Assembly (NCBI GenBank): GCA_964436855.1
Contig: CAYTED010000008.1
Coordinates: forward strand, 4,158-68,157
Reading direction: 5' to 3'
DNA from: an uncultured Bdellovibrionales bacterium
GTDB taxonomy: Bacteria > Patescibacteriota > Minisyncoccia > Moranbacterales > UBA1568
Length of the DNA: 64,000 bases
The translations under genes and the position numbers were made by a program. Positions 1 through 10,079 of this stretch are shown here, in pieces (within the stretch, counting starts at the first letter, position 1; each line of letters starts with the position of its first letter). The notes beneath the pieces were generated by a model, which was not told the DNA's origin, did no database searches, and was given only the letters and a program-made list of their open reading frames with translations.

Positions 1-362
1 ATCGTGCTTCCCCGCTCTTCGGGAATGGTAGACACCGCGATATGGAACGATCGTTCGGATTCCGACCGCGTCAGAACCGCCATTGCCGAAACATCCGAGT
101 TTTCCCGCTGTAACTGTTCGACACGACTCTGTACCAAGTCACTCCTCGAGAGCATGTCCTGCGTGAGTATTCCGAACACGCTCTCCGAAAGAAACGCTTT
201 CGACTGTAAGAGATTGTCCGTACTTTCTTCAAACTTTCCAAGAAAATAATAGGTATTTAAAAACAAAGCCCCTGTTACCGAAACAACGAGGAAGAAAGAA
301 TAAAAAACAACCGGATTTCGCCGAACAAAATTCCACCCCTGATTCATCGCGAAAAAGGCCAT
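1..362 (-). CDS. Partial membrane-anchored protein (N-terminus; possibly a sensor histidine kinase), runs off the window start
   Basis: Manual translation from ATG 362 gives MAFFAMNQGWNFVRRNPVVFYSFFLVVSVTGALFLNTYYFLGKFEESTD..., open to base 1. It has an N-terminal TM helix followed by an extracytoplasmic region. Confidence 0.55.
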   Translation of the reverse strand, partial: MAFFAMNQGWNFVRRNPVVFYSFFLVVSVTGALFLNTYYFLGKFEESTDNLLQSKAFLSESVFGILTQDMLSRSDLVQSRVEQLQRENSDVSAMAVLTRSESERSFHIAVSTIPEERGST

Positions 363-380
363 ACCATTTGATTCCGCGAA

Positions 381-1568
381 TTACACGTTCGACCTTTTCC
401 GGCTGATAATAATGAGCGCCACTCCAAAAAAGAAAATAACGGCAACAAAAGCAATAAAAAAATATTCAAGTCGCGAGCGTTCGAGCGGCGATTTATTCTC
501 CTGCGCTCCGGTCAGTGCCGCAGCCGGGCGTACCGAAACCGCTTGTGCCGTTTTCACAAAAGGAAGCCCTTCGCTCCGTGCGGTAATTTTTCCCGTATTG
601 TCCGTTACTGCCACATAAATTTCATGGTCCCCATCTTCAATATTCGCATCGAGATCGTATGACCAGTTTCCCTCGGCGTCGGTTTTCACGGTAATAACCG
701 TTGGCGTACTATACACATAAATCGTCAGGTATGTATTCGGAAGAGCTGTTCCGGAAAAACGGATTTTGTCTTTTTCTCCCGAAGCGGCAGCCGCGACAAA
801 CTCCACTGTCTCAACTTTGTACCGTTCGTCTGTTGTCCGTTTTTTCTCAAAGTTCTTTTTTTCTTCTTCAACAACCACTCGAGGGTCTTCGAATGTTATC
901 TTATCCCGATCATCACCGGGGGAAAACTTAGTCGGATCATACCCAGTTTTTATTTCATCGCCATCCGAAAAACCGTCACGATCGGTATCAACAAGATAGG
1001 GATCGGTTCCACGTACTTTTTCTTCCAAGTTTGTCAGACCATCTTTATCAAAGTCTTCTTGCTCAAAGCTCGGATTGATCGCAAGCATTTCCCGCTCCTT
1101 CAGATTATTCGTACGCGACGACGCATCTACCTTTCCATCTCGGATCGCTTCGTCATAAGACTCATTCACCAGTTTTTCTTTCACTGTTTCTTCAAGAGAG
1201 GGCGTTACTACTTGATTGTTCACATTAATAGGAATCCCTCGGTTTCCATCGATACGAAATCCATCAGTTGTTTGCCTCGCCGTCCAGGTTATCGTCTGAT
1301 CCGGAGACGAAATCGGAGACACCGACGACGTTTTTTTCGATGTTTCATTCGTACTTTTGATATCCTCATCATTTTCTGTCGACGTGTACTGCTGCCCTAC
1401 GATATACTGCGGAGAAAGAATTGATGACTCATCCGTTTCCGCAAGCACCAGCCCCTCGTACTTTCCTGCTCCGACCAAAAGAATAAGGCCGAGTCCAAAA
1501 AACGAAACATACAAAAAAACGAGCGCGCGCATTCCCCGATAGAGAGGTTTTCCTTGAAAAAATTTCAT
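381..1568 (-). CDS. Surface/secreted protein with Ca-binding DxDxDG repeats, an Ig-like domain and a C-terminal TM anchor
   Basis: DFDKDGLTNLEE and DTDRDGFSDGDE repeats; Ig-like FSGTALPNT...DAEGNWSY segment; hydrophobic N- and C-termini. Start moved to MKFFQG (1568). Confidence 0.7.
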   Translation of the reverse strand: MKFFQGKPLYRGMRALVFLYVSFFGLGLILLVGAGKYEGLVLAETDESSILSPQYIVGQQYTSTENDEDIKSTNETSKKTSSVSPISSPDQTITWTARQTTDGFRIDGNRGIPINVNNQVVTPSLEETVKEKLVNESYDEAIRDGKVDASSRTNNLKEREMLAINPSFEQEDFDKDGLTNLEEKVRGTDPYLVDTDRDGFSDGDEIKTGYDPTKFSPGDDRDKITFEDPRVVVEEEKKNFEKKRTTDERYKVETVEFVAAAASGEKDKIRFSGTALPNTYLTIYVYSTPTVITVKTDAEGNWSYDLDANIEDGDHEIYVAVTDNTGKITARSEGLPFVKTAQAVSVRPAAALTGAQENKSPLERSRLEYFFIAFVAVIFFFGVALIIISRKRSNV

Positions 1569-2077
1569 ACACTTCCTTTTTTTTCTATTGTAGCGGTTAT
1601 AGCGTATCCCGCAACTGCTGCCGCAACCGATACATTGAGCGATTCTTTCTTTCCTCGCATCGGAATATTGATTGCCCGATCGCAAAGAGCAAGATCTTTT
1701 TCCGAAATTCCCTCCACCTCACGACCAAACACCAGTGCAATCTTCTTTTGTTGTGGAACAAAATCGATATATGAAACACTCTTTTCCGTTTGTTCGACCG
1801 CAACAATTTCATACCCCTCCCGTTTGAGATGTTTCACTACGGTTTCAAATCGAACCGCCTTCTTCCAGGGAATATTCTTTTCCGCACCAAGCGCCGTCTT
1901 TGCAATTTGTTTTTCAGCAGGAGAAAGGTAACAACTCCCCATTTTTGCCGGAATCGGCGTATACCCTACGCAGTATACCCTCTCCACCCCAATACCGTCC
2001 GCCGATCGAAATATCGATCCGACATTGTACGCGCTGCGAATATTGTTGAGAACAAATACCAGAGAAAATTCTTTCAT
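1565..2077 (-). CDS. TrmH/SpoU family RNA methyltransferase
   Basis: Motifs NIRSAYNVGSIFRSAD, LVFGREVEG and IPMRGKKESLNVSVA. Confidence 0.9.
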   Translation of the reverse strand: MKEFSLVFVLNNIRSAYNVGSIFRSADGIGVERVYCVGYTPIPAKMGSCYLSPAEKQIAKTALGAEKNIPWKKAVRFETVVKHLKREGYEIVAVEQTEKSVSYIDFVPQQKKIALVFGREVEGISEKDLALCDRAINIPMRGKKESLNVSVAAAVAGYAITATIEKKGSV

Positions 2078-2078
2078 G

Positions 2079-3104
2079 TTACTTTGATTCTTCAAAAAGT
2101 TTTTTCCCTACCTCCCACACCGCCGGATAATCTCTCTTTTCTTTCAGCCAATACCACCACTCCGGTCCCCAAAGGTATATCTCGGAAAACCCAACGCGTT
2201 TCGCATACGTAACAATCTCGCGAAGCTGTTTTTCATCCATGGTTCGAAATTGCTCCTCAAGCGAAACATTTGCAATCCACCCACTCGCCCATGGTTCCGC
2301 CTGGAGCTCGATCACGGTAAAATGCTGTTGATCTGTCAGCAGTCTCGTAATCTTTTCTTTGAATCGGAAAAAGTTCGGTCCGAGCGGATATTCAAAGTAC
2401 CCGCGTTTGGCACTCCAAATTTTCCGGTACATCGTCGTGCCGAATTCATCGCCGCGTTTTGCCGCACGAAACCAAAGCGAAAGCTCGCCACTATCTGTAA
2501 GCATAACCGGCCGCGTCGGATCGAGTCGCTTCACAAACGCCACCTCTTCCTCTAATTGATTGGGATCGAATGACGGACAAATACCGAAAAACACCAAAAA
2601 GGGCTCGTTTTCCACTTGCCATTTTACAATTTCCGGACGATTTTTATATCGTTCGACCGTTTTCCCGAGTAACTGAAAGAGTGCCGCTTTCCGCTTCCCG
2701 TCATCAGTATTCGCCCATTCGGGAATATGGCACTCGGGCCACCGTGGCACGCGCTGTCCGATGGAAAGAATCACTTCCGCATCGCGTTTTTGCGCCTCAT
2801 CAAGCTGCCAATCCACATCGGAAAAATTATATTCCCCGGGTCGCTTCTCCACATCATTCCAATACACCGGAATACGAAGTTTCCGAATCTTCATATCATC
2901 AAGCAGCGCGATATAGGTTTCTTTCCAGTCAAGCCCAAGCGCTTCGGCATACTGATTCGAAAATGTCGCACCAAGTTTCACATCCTCCCGCGGCGCCGGG
3001 CCCGGAAGATTGAAATATGCAAAAAGAAGAAGTACGGCCACCACTGCCGACCCGACAAAAAGAAGGATCATTCGGGCAATATGTTGTACGCTCTGCCATT
3101 TCAT
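2079..3104 (-). CDS. Membrane-anchored glycoside hydrolase (GH-A clan TIM barrel, GH5/GH42-like)
   Basis: N-terminal TM; RIPVYW; WQVENEP acid/base motif; ELQAEPW nucleophile-like motif. Confidence 0.7.
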   Translation of the reverse strand: MKWQSVQHIARMILLFVGSAVVAVLLLFAYFNLPGPAPREDVKLGATFSNQYAEALGLDWKETYIALLDDMKIRKLRIPVYWNDVEKRPGEYNFSDVDWQLDEAQKRDAEVILSIGQRVPRWPECHIPEWANTDDGKRKAALFQLLGKTVERYKNRPEIVKWQVENEPFLVFFGICPSFDPNQLEEEVAFVKRLDPTRPVMLTDSGELSLWFRAAKRGDEFGTTMYRKIWSAKRGYFEYPLGPNFFRFKEKITRLLTDQQHFTVIELQAEPWASGWIANVSLEEQFRTMDEKQLREIVTYAKRVGFSEIYLWGPEWWYWLKEKRDYPAVWEVGKKLFEESK

Positions 3105-3120
3105 ACCGATTTCTTTATCA

Positions 3121-4071
3121 TTAAAAAAATACCATTCCCGTCCCCGCGGTCACACTCGCAAGAAGCGAAATACCGATTCCTACGAGCAAAATAGCGAATG
3201 CTTTTTGCACCCAATCATTCGGAGCGAGTTTTTCGCCGTAGATCAAAGGAAGCTTGAAAGAAAGAAGGAACGAAAGTATGAAAACGAACACAAATTGCGC
3301 GCCGGAAAGCGCGTTAATCATCGTGAGTGGTCCAATCGAAATTGCATACACCAAAAGAAATGACGCCAGTCCCCCGCATGCCTTGTTCAAAACAAAGAGA
3401 AAGCCCGTCATCGCATGATGCGGATGCGGTTCGGAAAAACGTTCACTGTGTATCAAAATATCTCGTCGGAACGCCGGAATGAGAAGAAGCGTGAATCCTC
3501 CGATAAAAATTCCAAAACGGGACCAAAAAAATCCATTCACGAAATTCATCTCCTGATAGGCTCCTTTGAGATAGAGAAGCGAGATTGCAAATAACACACC
3601 CGCAAATATCACAGAAATCGGCATTGTGTCCGTCTTTTTGAGCGGAAGATCGAATGATACAAGTAGCGCTCCACCCACCAATAGAAAAAATGCGAGAAAA
3701 AACCGCGCTTCATTCAGAATCATTCCCGCCTGCGAAACATTTTTCAGGAAAAGAATAAAAAACGAAGTAAGCGCAAGAATTACCCCTACTGCCGGTGCAA
3801 CTCGCGATACCTCGATTTTCTTTACCGCATCGTAAAACGCAAGAAGTCCGTAAAGAAATACAATTCCCGACAAAATCGCGAGACCCGTATTTCCAAGTCC
3901 TTGCCATTCGACCCCAAACGGAATTGCAAGAAACGCAAATGAAGAAAAAAGCGCCATGAGAAACGCATACATCGCCGGTGAACCAATTCGACCGGAAAGA
4001 AGATACTTATCAAGTACCGCCGCAAATGCGGAGAGTAAATAACTCGCAAGAGTAATAAGGAGCCAGGTCAT
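3121..4071 (-). CDS. EamA/DMT family membrane transporter
   Basis: About 10 TM helices in two repeated halves; 316 aa. Confidence 0.7.
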   Translation of the reverse strand: MTWLLITLASYLLSAFAAVLDKYLLSGRIGSPAMYAFLMALFSSFAFLAIPFGVEWQGLGNTGLAILSGIVFLYGLLAFYDAVKKIEVSRVAPAVGVILALTSFFILFLKNVSQAGMILNEARFFLAFFLLVGGALLVSFDLPLKKTDTMPISVIFAGVLFAISLLYLKGAYQEMNFVNGFFWSRFGIFIGGFTLLLIPAFRRDILIHSERFSEPHPHHAMTGFLFVLNKACGGLASFLLVYAISIGPLTMINALSGAQFVFVFILSFLLSFKLPLIYGEKLAPNDWVQKAFAILLVGIGISLLASVTAGTGMVFF

Positions 4072-4211
4072 GAAATTTTGGTTTCGGTTTTACTTTTTCA
4101 GAATACCATTTTCAATACGGAAGCGATAGACAGCCCAAAAAAAAGACATCATCGATGTCTCTTTTTCAAAAGGTCCCCGCCTGTCCGCCTTTGCGGGACT
4201 CCTTTTCTCTA

Positions 4212-4826
4212 TCAAATACAGATACATAGATGATCCAGGCCTGTTGTGCTTACGAGGCCACACGAATACCCGGTATCTGCAACCTTAGTACAGGGGTCGC
4301 TATTACTAGGCGGAACGGTATCTTTACATCCGGACCCCCACTTTTGACGCGTACTCCCTCCGGCAGCATTAACCATGCATCCTCCTACGACCCCCCTACT
4401 TACTGCTGCAACCGCCGTTTCGATCACCCGCGTCGTACCGCTCGCCGTTATCGTTCCTTCGGCTTTAATTTTCGTCAGCCTACTTCTCCATGCGCTATCG
4501 TTACAGTCAATAAAATTACCGTTCTCATCAAGGAAGGTAACTTTTACCGTTCCACCAGAAACAGAGAAACTCACCACTCCCGATACACAACTCGCATCAA
4601 GAGTCGAAATCGTAGTATAACTCCCTTTATAAATTTTTCGCAAAACCTGCTCCACCCCGGAGTCCGCAACTTGAAAAGATTGTACCGACTCTGCTGTCGA
4701 CCCCGCACTCTTTCGATTGGAAAGAGTGACCGCCGTAATCGTCAGCGCGGCGGAGAGCATAATCGAGAGAATAATGAGCGAAAAAACCAACACAGAACCT
4801 CGTTTTACCTGAAAAAACTTTAGCAT
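4212..4826 (-). CDS. PilX-like minor pilin
   Basis: Type IV pilin-like N-terminus KRGSVLVFSLIIL, the S..SFQVADSGVE PilX motif, and a Cys-rich C-terminus. Confidence 0.7.
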   Translation of the reverse strand: MLKFFQVKRGSVLVFSLIILSIMLSAALTITAVTLSNRKSAGSTAESVQSFQVADSGVEQVLRKIYKGSYTTISTLDASCVSGVVSFSVSGGTVKVTFLDENGNFIDCNDSAWRSRLTKIKAEGTITASGTTRVIETAVAAVSRGVVGGCMVNAAGGSTRQKWGSGCKDTVPPSNSDPCTKVADTGYSCGLVSTTGLDHLCICI

Positions 4827-4895
4827 AGATTTTTTTTAATTTTTGAGGATTACTCGATCGCTTACTATATTACTGATACCAATATACCCCCATAA

Positions 4896-5396
4896 TTATT
4901 CCACCACAAGCTTTCCAAGCATATCCGAGTGCCCTTCGCCGCAATAAAAAGAACATTTAAATGAGAACTCGCCTTTTTTGTCGGTCACAAATTCAACCAT
5001 AACCGATTCCCCTTCTTTTGCGACATCACTCTTCACCGAAAGTTCCGGGATTGAGAGCGCGTGTGTTCCGGACACGCTCTTCATCGTAATTTGCACTCTT
5101 TCCCCTTGTTTTACACGGATTTCTTTCGGATCAAAATACCAGTTGTGTGCGGAAAGAGAAATTTCTCGCACTGATTGATCCGACGATGCATCCTGTTTCG
5201 GCAAGCGATCCGAAATATCCGGATTGCCATTTGGAGGATTTTCCGTCGGATACTTGAAGTTTTCCGGCCCCGACTGCGTCTTTCCTGTCGAAACGGATTC
5301 CGCCGGCGCCATTACTTTTTGTTCGTCCTTTTTTACGAAAAACACGCCGATCGCGACCAATACAATCACGATGAGACCGCCAAAAATTTTTCCCAT
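4896..5396 (-). CDS. Membrane-anchored cupredoxin (CuA/COX2-like) domain protein
   Basis: H...CSFYCGEGHSDM CuA-type ligand pattern; N-terminal TM. Confidence 0.8.
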   Translation of the reverse strand: MGKIFGGLIVIVLVAIGVFFVKKDEQKVMAPAESVSTGKTQSGPENFKYPTENPPNGNPDISDRLPKQDASSDQSVREISLSAHNWYFDPKEIRVKQGERVQITMKSVSGTHALSIPELSVKSDVAKEGESVMVEFVTDKKGEFSFKCSFYCGEGHSDMLGKLVVE

Positions 5397-5413
5397 ACGA
5401 CGTAGAATAATGA

Positions 5414-6484
5414 TTATCGAAGAACGCGTTCATTATACGCCTCTCGGTCACTTTTTTGAAATACCGAAAAAAATGGCTTTCCCGAGAGGATTTGCGCATT
5501 GACGAAAAGCGTGGGAATCATTCGAATCGCTTTTTTCCGAAATGGCGGACGAACGGAAACCTCGAGACGATAGTTCTTTCGAAACCAATCCTTGATTCCC
5601 GCTCGCGTATTGTATTCTTTCGGAATGACAAACGGTTCGTATCGTTTTTTCTCCGCCGAAAAATATTTCTTGTGATTCTCATGAAGAAACACAAACACCT
5701 GCGCGCTTCTCCAGTCTGTCTGTTTTTTATTTTTTGTTGACTGTTTTTTGTTGGCTGATTCTTGCGCTCCCTTCTCCCGAAAATACACACACCGCATATG
5801 AAGCGAACATGCTTCACATTTTGGTCGAGCAAGACAGATCGCTGATCCAAAATCCATCAGAGCGGCATTCGATGTTTTCGCCGGGAGAGAAAATTTTTCT
5901 TCAAACTCCCGCATTATCATCTCGGACTTGATCCGGGATCTTACACCCTCCCCTTTCTTTGATTTCAGATTCCGGGTCGGGTCCGGAATGGCAGAAAGAA
6001 AATGTTTCGTTCCAAAGAAAAATCGTCCGATCACGCGTCGGAGATTCGTATCCCATGCCATCGTATTTTCCCCATACGCGAAACTCGCGATCGCGGCGGC
6101 AGTATATGGGCCAATACCGGGAAGCTTTTGCAACACTTCGACCTCTCGAGGAAATATTCCGTTATACTTCTCGACAATTTCCTGTGCCGCGCGAAGCATA
6201 TTGCGCCCGCGGGCATAATATCCAAGCCCCTTGTAATATGGAAGAAATGCGTTCCAGTTTGATCTTGCAAGCGACTCGACCGTCGGATATTTTTTCAAAA
6301 ACCGCGCATAATAGTCGATTACGCGCAACACCTGCGTTTGCTGCAGCATAATCTCGCTTACCCAGACCTCATAGGCAGTTATGTTTTTCTTTCGCCACGG
6401 CAAATGTTCCCGACCAACTTTTTGAAAAAAATCCGAGAGAGATTGTTCAAAAAAAACTATTTTTTCTTTTTGAATTTTTTTCAT
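5414..6484 (-). CDS. mutY: A/G-specific adenine glycosylase MutY (HhH-GPD) with an in-frame palindromic insertion
   Basis: WVSEIMLQQTQV, GLGYYARGRN, LPGIGPYTA and the CLARPKCEACSLHMRC Fe-S motif. Confidence 0.9.
   Translation of the reverse strand: MKKIQKEKIVFFEQSLSDFFQKVGREHLPWRKKNITAYEVWVSEIMLQQTQVLRVIDYYARFLKKYPTVESLARSNWNAFLPYYKGLGYYARGRNMLRAAQEIVEKYNGIFPREVEVLQKLPGIGPYTAAAIASFAYGENTMAWDTNLRRVIGRFFFGTKHFLSAIPDPTRNLKSKKGEGVRSRIKSEMIMREFEEKFSLPAKTSNAALMDFGSAICLARPKCEACSLHMRCVYFREKGAQESANKKQSTKNKKQTDWRSAQVFVFLHENHKKYFSAEKKRYEPFVIPKEYNTRAGIKDWFRKNYRLEVSVRPPFRKKAIRMIPTLFVNAQILSGKPFFSVFQKSDREAYNERVLR
5916..5992. repeat. REP/RPE-like palindromic element inserted in-frame in mutY
   Basis: ATCATCTCGGACTTGATCCGGGATCT...AGATTCCGGGTCGGGTCCGGAATGGC inverted arms; encodes AIPDPTRNL...RSRIKSEM. 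Confidence 0.75.
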
Positions 6485-6499
6485 TTTTTGATCTTCTCT

Positions 6500-7771
6500 T
6501 TATATGATCACTCCTCCACCCAGACAGTATTCTCCGTCATAAAACACGGCGAACTGCCCCGCGGCGATTCCTTTGTCCATTTCATCAGTGAGTGTTACGC
6601 TCGCATTTCCATCCTGTACAAAAGAGACCGCGCACGAATATTCCTTTTCTCCATGACGGAGCTTCACTGAAAGATTTTTTTTCTGTGGCACAGTACCTGA
6701 AATCCAATTCAATCCACCGACTTCGAACGTATCGCGAAACATTTCTTCGCTCCGATAATGATTGGACACAAAAATCGTATTCGTCTCGATATTTTTCTCG
6801 ACCACGTACCACGGTCCGCCCGAGAGACGGATATTGCGCCGCTGCCCAATCGTATAAAACCAAAATCCGTGATGCGTCCCGAGTTTCTTTCCGGTTTTCC
6901 AATCAACAATATCCCCTTCTTTTTTCCCCAAGTGGTACTCAAGAAATTTATCAAAGGCGATTTTCCCCAAAAAACAAATTCCTTGGCTGTCTTTTCGCTT
7001 CGCATTCGGCAATTCGTATTTCTCCGCCAATATGCGCACCTCTTTTTTTGTCAGATGACCGATCGGAAAACACGCTTGAGCGATTTGTTCCTGCGAAAGC
7101 TGCGACAAGAAATACGTCTGATCCTTAATCGGATCGGGAGATTTTTTCAACAATACCTTTTTTTGAGATTGTATCGGATGTGTTTTTTCTGCTGCCTGTG
7201 ACCTGTCCGAAGAAATGCTTTCGGTTCGAAAAAATTTCTGTGGTTGCCGTTGAGTGAGGAAATTTTTTCGGTCATCGAAAGCATTGATGAGTCGAGAAGG
7301 CGAAGAAAAAATACCATCCGACACAATCTTCTCTTCCGCCTCGCCGGAGCGAATACGTGTGCGAGAAGAATGTATCGAAGAACATTCCTCCACTTGTGCA
7401 TAGTGACCCGTTGCAATCTTGTCGAAACCTTTTCCTGCGGCATCATAAAACGCACCGAATTTTATCCGCGTATTGCAGAGCACATCCGGATTTGGCGTTC
7501 GTCCCGATTTCACTTCATCAATCACATACGAGACAATTCGATCCCAGTATTCCTTCTGAAACGGCACCACTTCAAGCGGTACGCCCGCTTGTTCACAGAC
7601 TGCTCGCGCGTATTTCAAATCATCCTCCCATGGGCACTCGCCGAGAAACGCCATTTCGTCCTCAAGCCAGATTTTGAGATAAAACGCATGCACTTCATGC
7701 CCGGCATCAAGCAAACGCCTGAGCGCGACCGAACTATCTACTCCGCCAGAAATAAGCATTGCTATTTTCAT
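6500..7771 (-). CDS. mnmA: tRNA 2-thiouridine(34) synthase MnmA with a ~70-aa insertion
   Basis: SGGVDS PP-loop, TPNPDVLCN, ATGHYA, KDQTYFL and DSQGICF. Start at MKIAML. Confidence 0.93.
   Translation of the reverse strand: MKIAMLISGGVDSSVALRRLLDAGHEVHAFYLKIWLEDEMAFLGECPWEDDLKYARAVCEQAGVPLEVVPFQKEYWDRIVSYVIDEVKSGRTPNPDVLCNTRIKFGAFYDAAGKGFDKIATGHYAQVEECSSIHSSRTRIRSGEAEEKIVSDGIFSSPSRLINAFDDRKNFLTQRQPQKFFRTESISSDRSQAAEKTHPIQSQKKVLLKKSPDPIKDQTYFLSQLSQEQIAQACFPIGHLTKKEVRILAEKYELPNAKRKDSQGICFLGKIAFDKFLEYHLGKKEGDIVDWKTGKKLGTHHGFWFYTIGQRRNIRLSGGPWYVVEKNIETNTIFVSNHYRSEEMFRDTFEVGGLNWISGTVPQKKNLSVKLRHGEKEYSCAVSFVQDGNASVTLTDEMDKGIAAGQFAVFYDGEYCLGGGVII
7214..7285. repeat. Inverted repeat inside the mnmA insertion
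   Basis: Nested arms AATGCTTTCG/CGAAAGCATT and CGAAAAAATTT/AAATTTTTTCG. Confidence 0.7.
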
Positions 7772-8398
7772 AGATATTCTTGTCGAGTGGATTAGTATAT
7801 GCTTTTTTACCAAAAAAAGAAAGGCTTACTGCGTATACCCTTCACAGCGCACCTCATTTCTCTTCTTGATATGTTGCCGATCTCAATCGTACGGTCAATC
7901 GATCCTGAAAACGTTTCAGGAAAATTTTCAACTCATATTCGTATCGACACTTCGACTCGCCCGATATTTTTTCAGAAGATAGGAAAGGTATCGGCCCATA
8001 ATCTTGCGGACAAGAAAATTTCTCTCGCAAAAAACATTTCGTCGCGTGCGCGGCAGCTGAAGTGACCACGCGCGCATAAAAATACTTCTGCGATCGCGCG
8101 ACGACCAAATACGCCTCGCCACCGCGTCTACACTCCGACGACTCTCCACGGAAACAAACAGCTTTTGTTCACCGCAAGAATCTTCTCAAGAACGAGAAAC
8201 CCTCCTCACATGAAACAGAAGGGTTACATAGTCGTTTCTGCGCACTCGGCGTCATAGTAACCCCTCCCTGTAAAATGAATCAGGAAACAATAGCCTGCCA
8301 TTACCATTTTCCAATGTCAAAATTCCCGTTGTTTTTATCTCGATCATTTTCCGGAGTATTTCTTTTTTTCTTTTCATGCTCCATGATACACTTTACAT

Positions 8399-9013
8399 AT
8401 GGATCAATCCGAGATACTCGCATCGACGCTCGCGCACTTCCTTGAACGCTGGGGGGTGCTTTCTGTGTGGTTGATTGTATTTCTTTCGGGAGAAAACGGT
8501 ATCCTTGCGTCTTTTGCGGTAGCCGCACAGGGATTTATCGCACCGATTCCGACATTCCTTCTCGCTTTCCTCGGATCGTTAAGTGCCGATATCTTCTGGT
8601 TTCTCGTCGGGAGATACTCACACTCATACCGGGCGCGACATCTCGCCGATGAAGAAAAAACATCCGACACCCTTCCGCTCCTTCGACTTCTCCGAACGCA
8701 CACGTTTCTTTTTATGACTTTTATGAAATTTCTCGTCGGAATGAGACTTTTCCTGACGCTCTATGTCGCGCGAAAACTCCCCATCTCTTTCAAGCGCTAC
8801 CTCGTACTCAACACGATCGGAACCGGCGTTTTCGTTGTCGCTCTTTTCCCTGTGGGTTGGTGGCTTGGTAAGGGTGTTTCGAATGCGCTCGATATCGAAC
8901 ACCGCATCACCTCGGTGTTCACGGTTATTGTTCTTGTTCTTCTCATCGGTCAGCTTCTGCCCCTTCTTGTGCGATTCGCCATTCACCGTTTTTCCCGAAA
9001 AAACGCCGCATAA
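8399..9013 (+). CDS. DedA/VTT family membrane protein
   Basis: Hydrophobic 204 aa; GSLSADIFWFLVGR and KFLVGMR resemble DedA motifs. Confidence 0.7.
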   Translation: MDQSEILASTLAHFLERWGVLSVWLIVFLSGENGILASFAVAAQGFIAPIPTFLLAFLGSLSADIFWFLVGRYSHSYRARHLADEEKTSDTLPLLRLLRTHTFLFMTFMKFLVGMRLFLTLYVARKLPISFKRYLVLNTIGTGVFVVALFPVGWWLGKGVSNALDIEHRITSVFTVIVLVLLIGQLLPLLVRFAIHRFSRKNAA

Positions 9014-9034
9014 ACGCAAAGAAATGCACGCCGT

Positions 9035-9991
9035 CTATAAACAAGAACGGCTCAAGAATTTTTCCACCATCTCGGCGACTTCTTCTCTAGTACGACAATC
9101 CATAAGCTTTACACGGAGTTCTTTTGCTTCCGGAAAACCGTGTGCGTAGGCCTTATAGTGCTTTTTCATCACCTCGAAACTTTTTCTCTTTGCAAAAAGT
9201 TCTTCGTACAGCCTTGTGTGCTCCACCATGACACGGAGTTTTTCTTCCAGAGAAACTTCGCGCTCGGAAAAAAGCCACGGATTGCCAAAAATTCCCCGAC
9301 CGATCATCACACCGTCAACACCCGTTTCTGAAACCTTCGCTCGCGCCTCGGTGAGACTTTTTACATCGCCGTTTCCGATAACAAGCACATCGGATCCGCG
9401 CGCAATCTCGACCGCTCTCGCAATCCGATCCCAATTCGCCGGAACAAGCGACATCTCTTTTTTGGTCCGCGCGTGCACCGTAATCGCCGCCGGTTTCGTT
9501 TCAAGAAGTTTCGGAAGCCACTTTTCCAATTCATCTCTGTTGTACCCGATTCGCGTTTTCACGGAGATGGGGATTCTCCCTTTCACTCCTTCTTGTGCGG
9601 CAAGAATTAATTCCTGTGCGAGGGTCGGATTCTGCATCAACTTTGCACCCGCGCCTTGTTTCATTACATTTTTGTCCGGACAGCCCATATTGATATCAAC
9701 CCCGTCAAATCCAAGCTCGGCGATAATTCGCGCCGCCTCGCGCATTTTTTCCGGATGCGCCGTAAACACCTGCGCGACAATCGGTCGCTCATTTTCGGTG
9801 TATTGCAAATCAATCATCATCGCCGCTCGTCCCTCGGGATGACACAACCCGTCCGCCGAAACGAATTCCGTCCATAACACATCCGGTTTTCCGTATTTCG
9901 CAATAATTCGCCGAAAAGCCGCATCCGTGACATTCGCCATCGGCGCCAAGACAAAAAACGGTTTCTCGAGTTGTGTCCAAAAGTTTTTCAT
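9035..9991 (-). CDS. dus: tRNA-dihydrouridine synthase
   Basis: LAPMANVTD, DINMGCP, VHART, GNGDV and GVMIGRG. Start at MKNFW. Confidence 0.92.
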   Translation of the reverse strand: MKNFWTQLEKPFFVLAPMANVTDAAFRRIIAKYGKPDVLWTEFVSADGLCHPEGRAAMMIDLQYTENERPIVAQVFTAHPEKMREAARIIAELGFDGVDINMGCPDKNVMKQGAGAKLMQNPTLAQELILAAQEGVKGRIPISVKTRIGYNRDELEKWLPKLLETKPAAITVHARTKKEMSLVPANWDRIARAVEIARGSDVLVIGNGDVKSLTEARAKVSETGVDGVMIGRGIFGNPWLFSEREVSLEEKLRVMVEHTRLYEELFAKRKSFEVMKKHYKAYAHGFPEAKELRVKLMDCRTREEVAEMVEKFLSRSCL

Positions 9992-10079
9992 AACAAGAAA
10001 GAAGTGTAGCGTTATTCCAAAAATCAAGCAAGAAAAAAGGAAGACTTTGGTCTCCCTGAAATACAAGTACTTCCAATGA

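Noticed and set aside
7830-8280. Small ORFs or a structured element between mnmA and dedA
   Set aside because: Several overlapping short ORFs with no motif or convincing start; not supportable.
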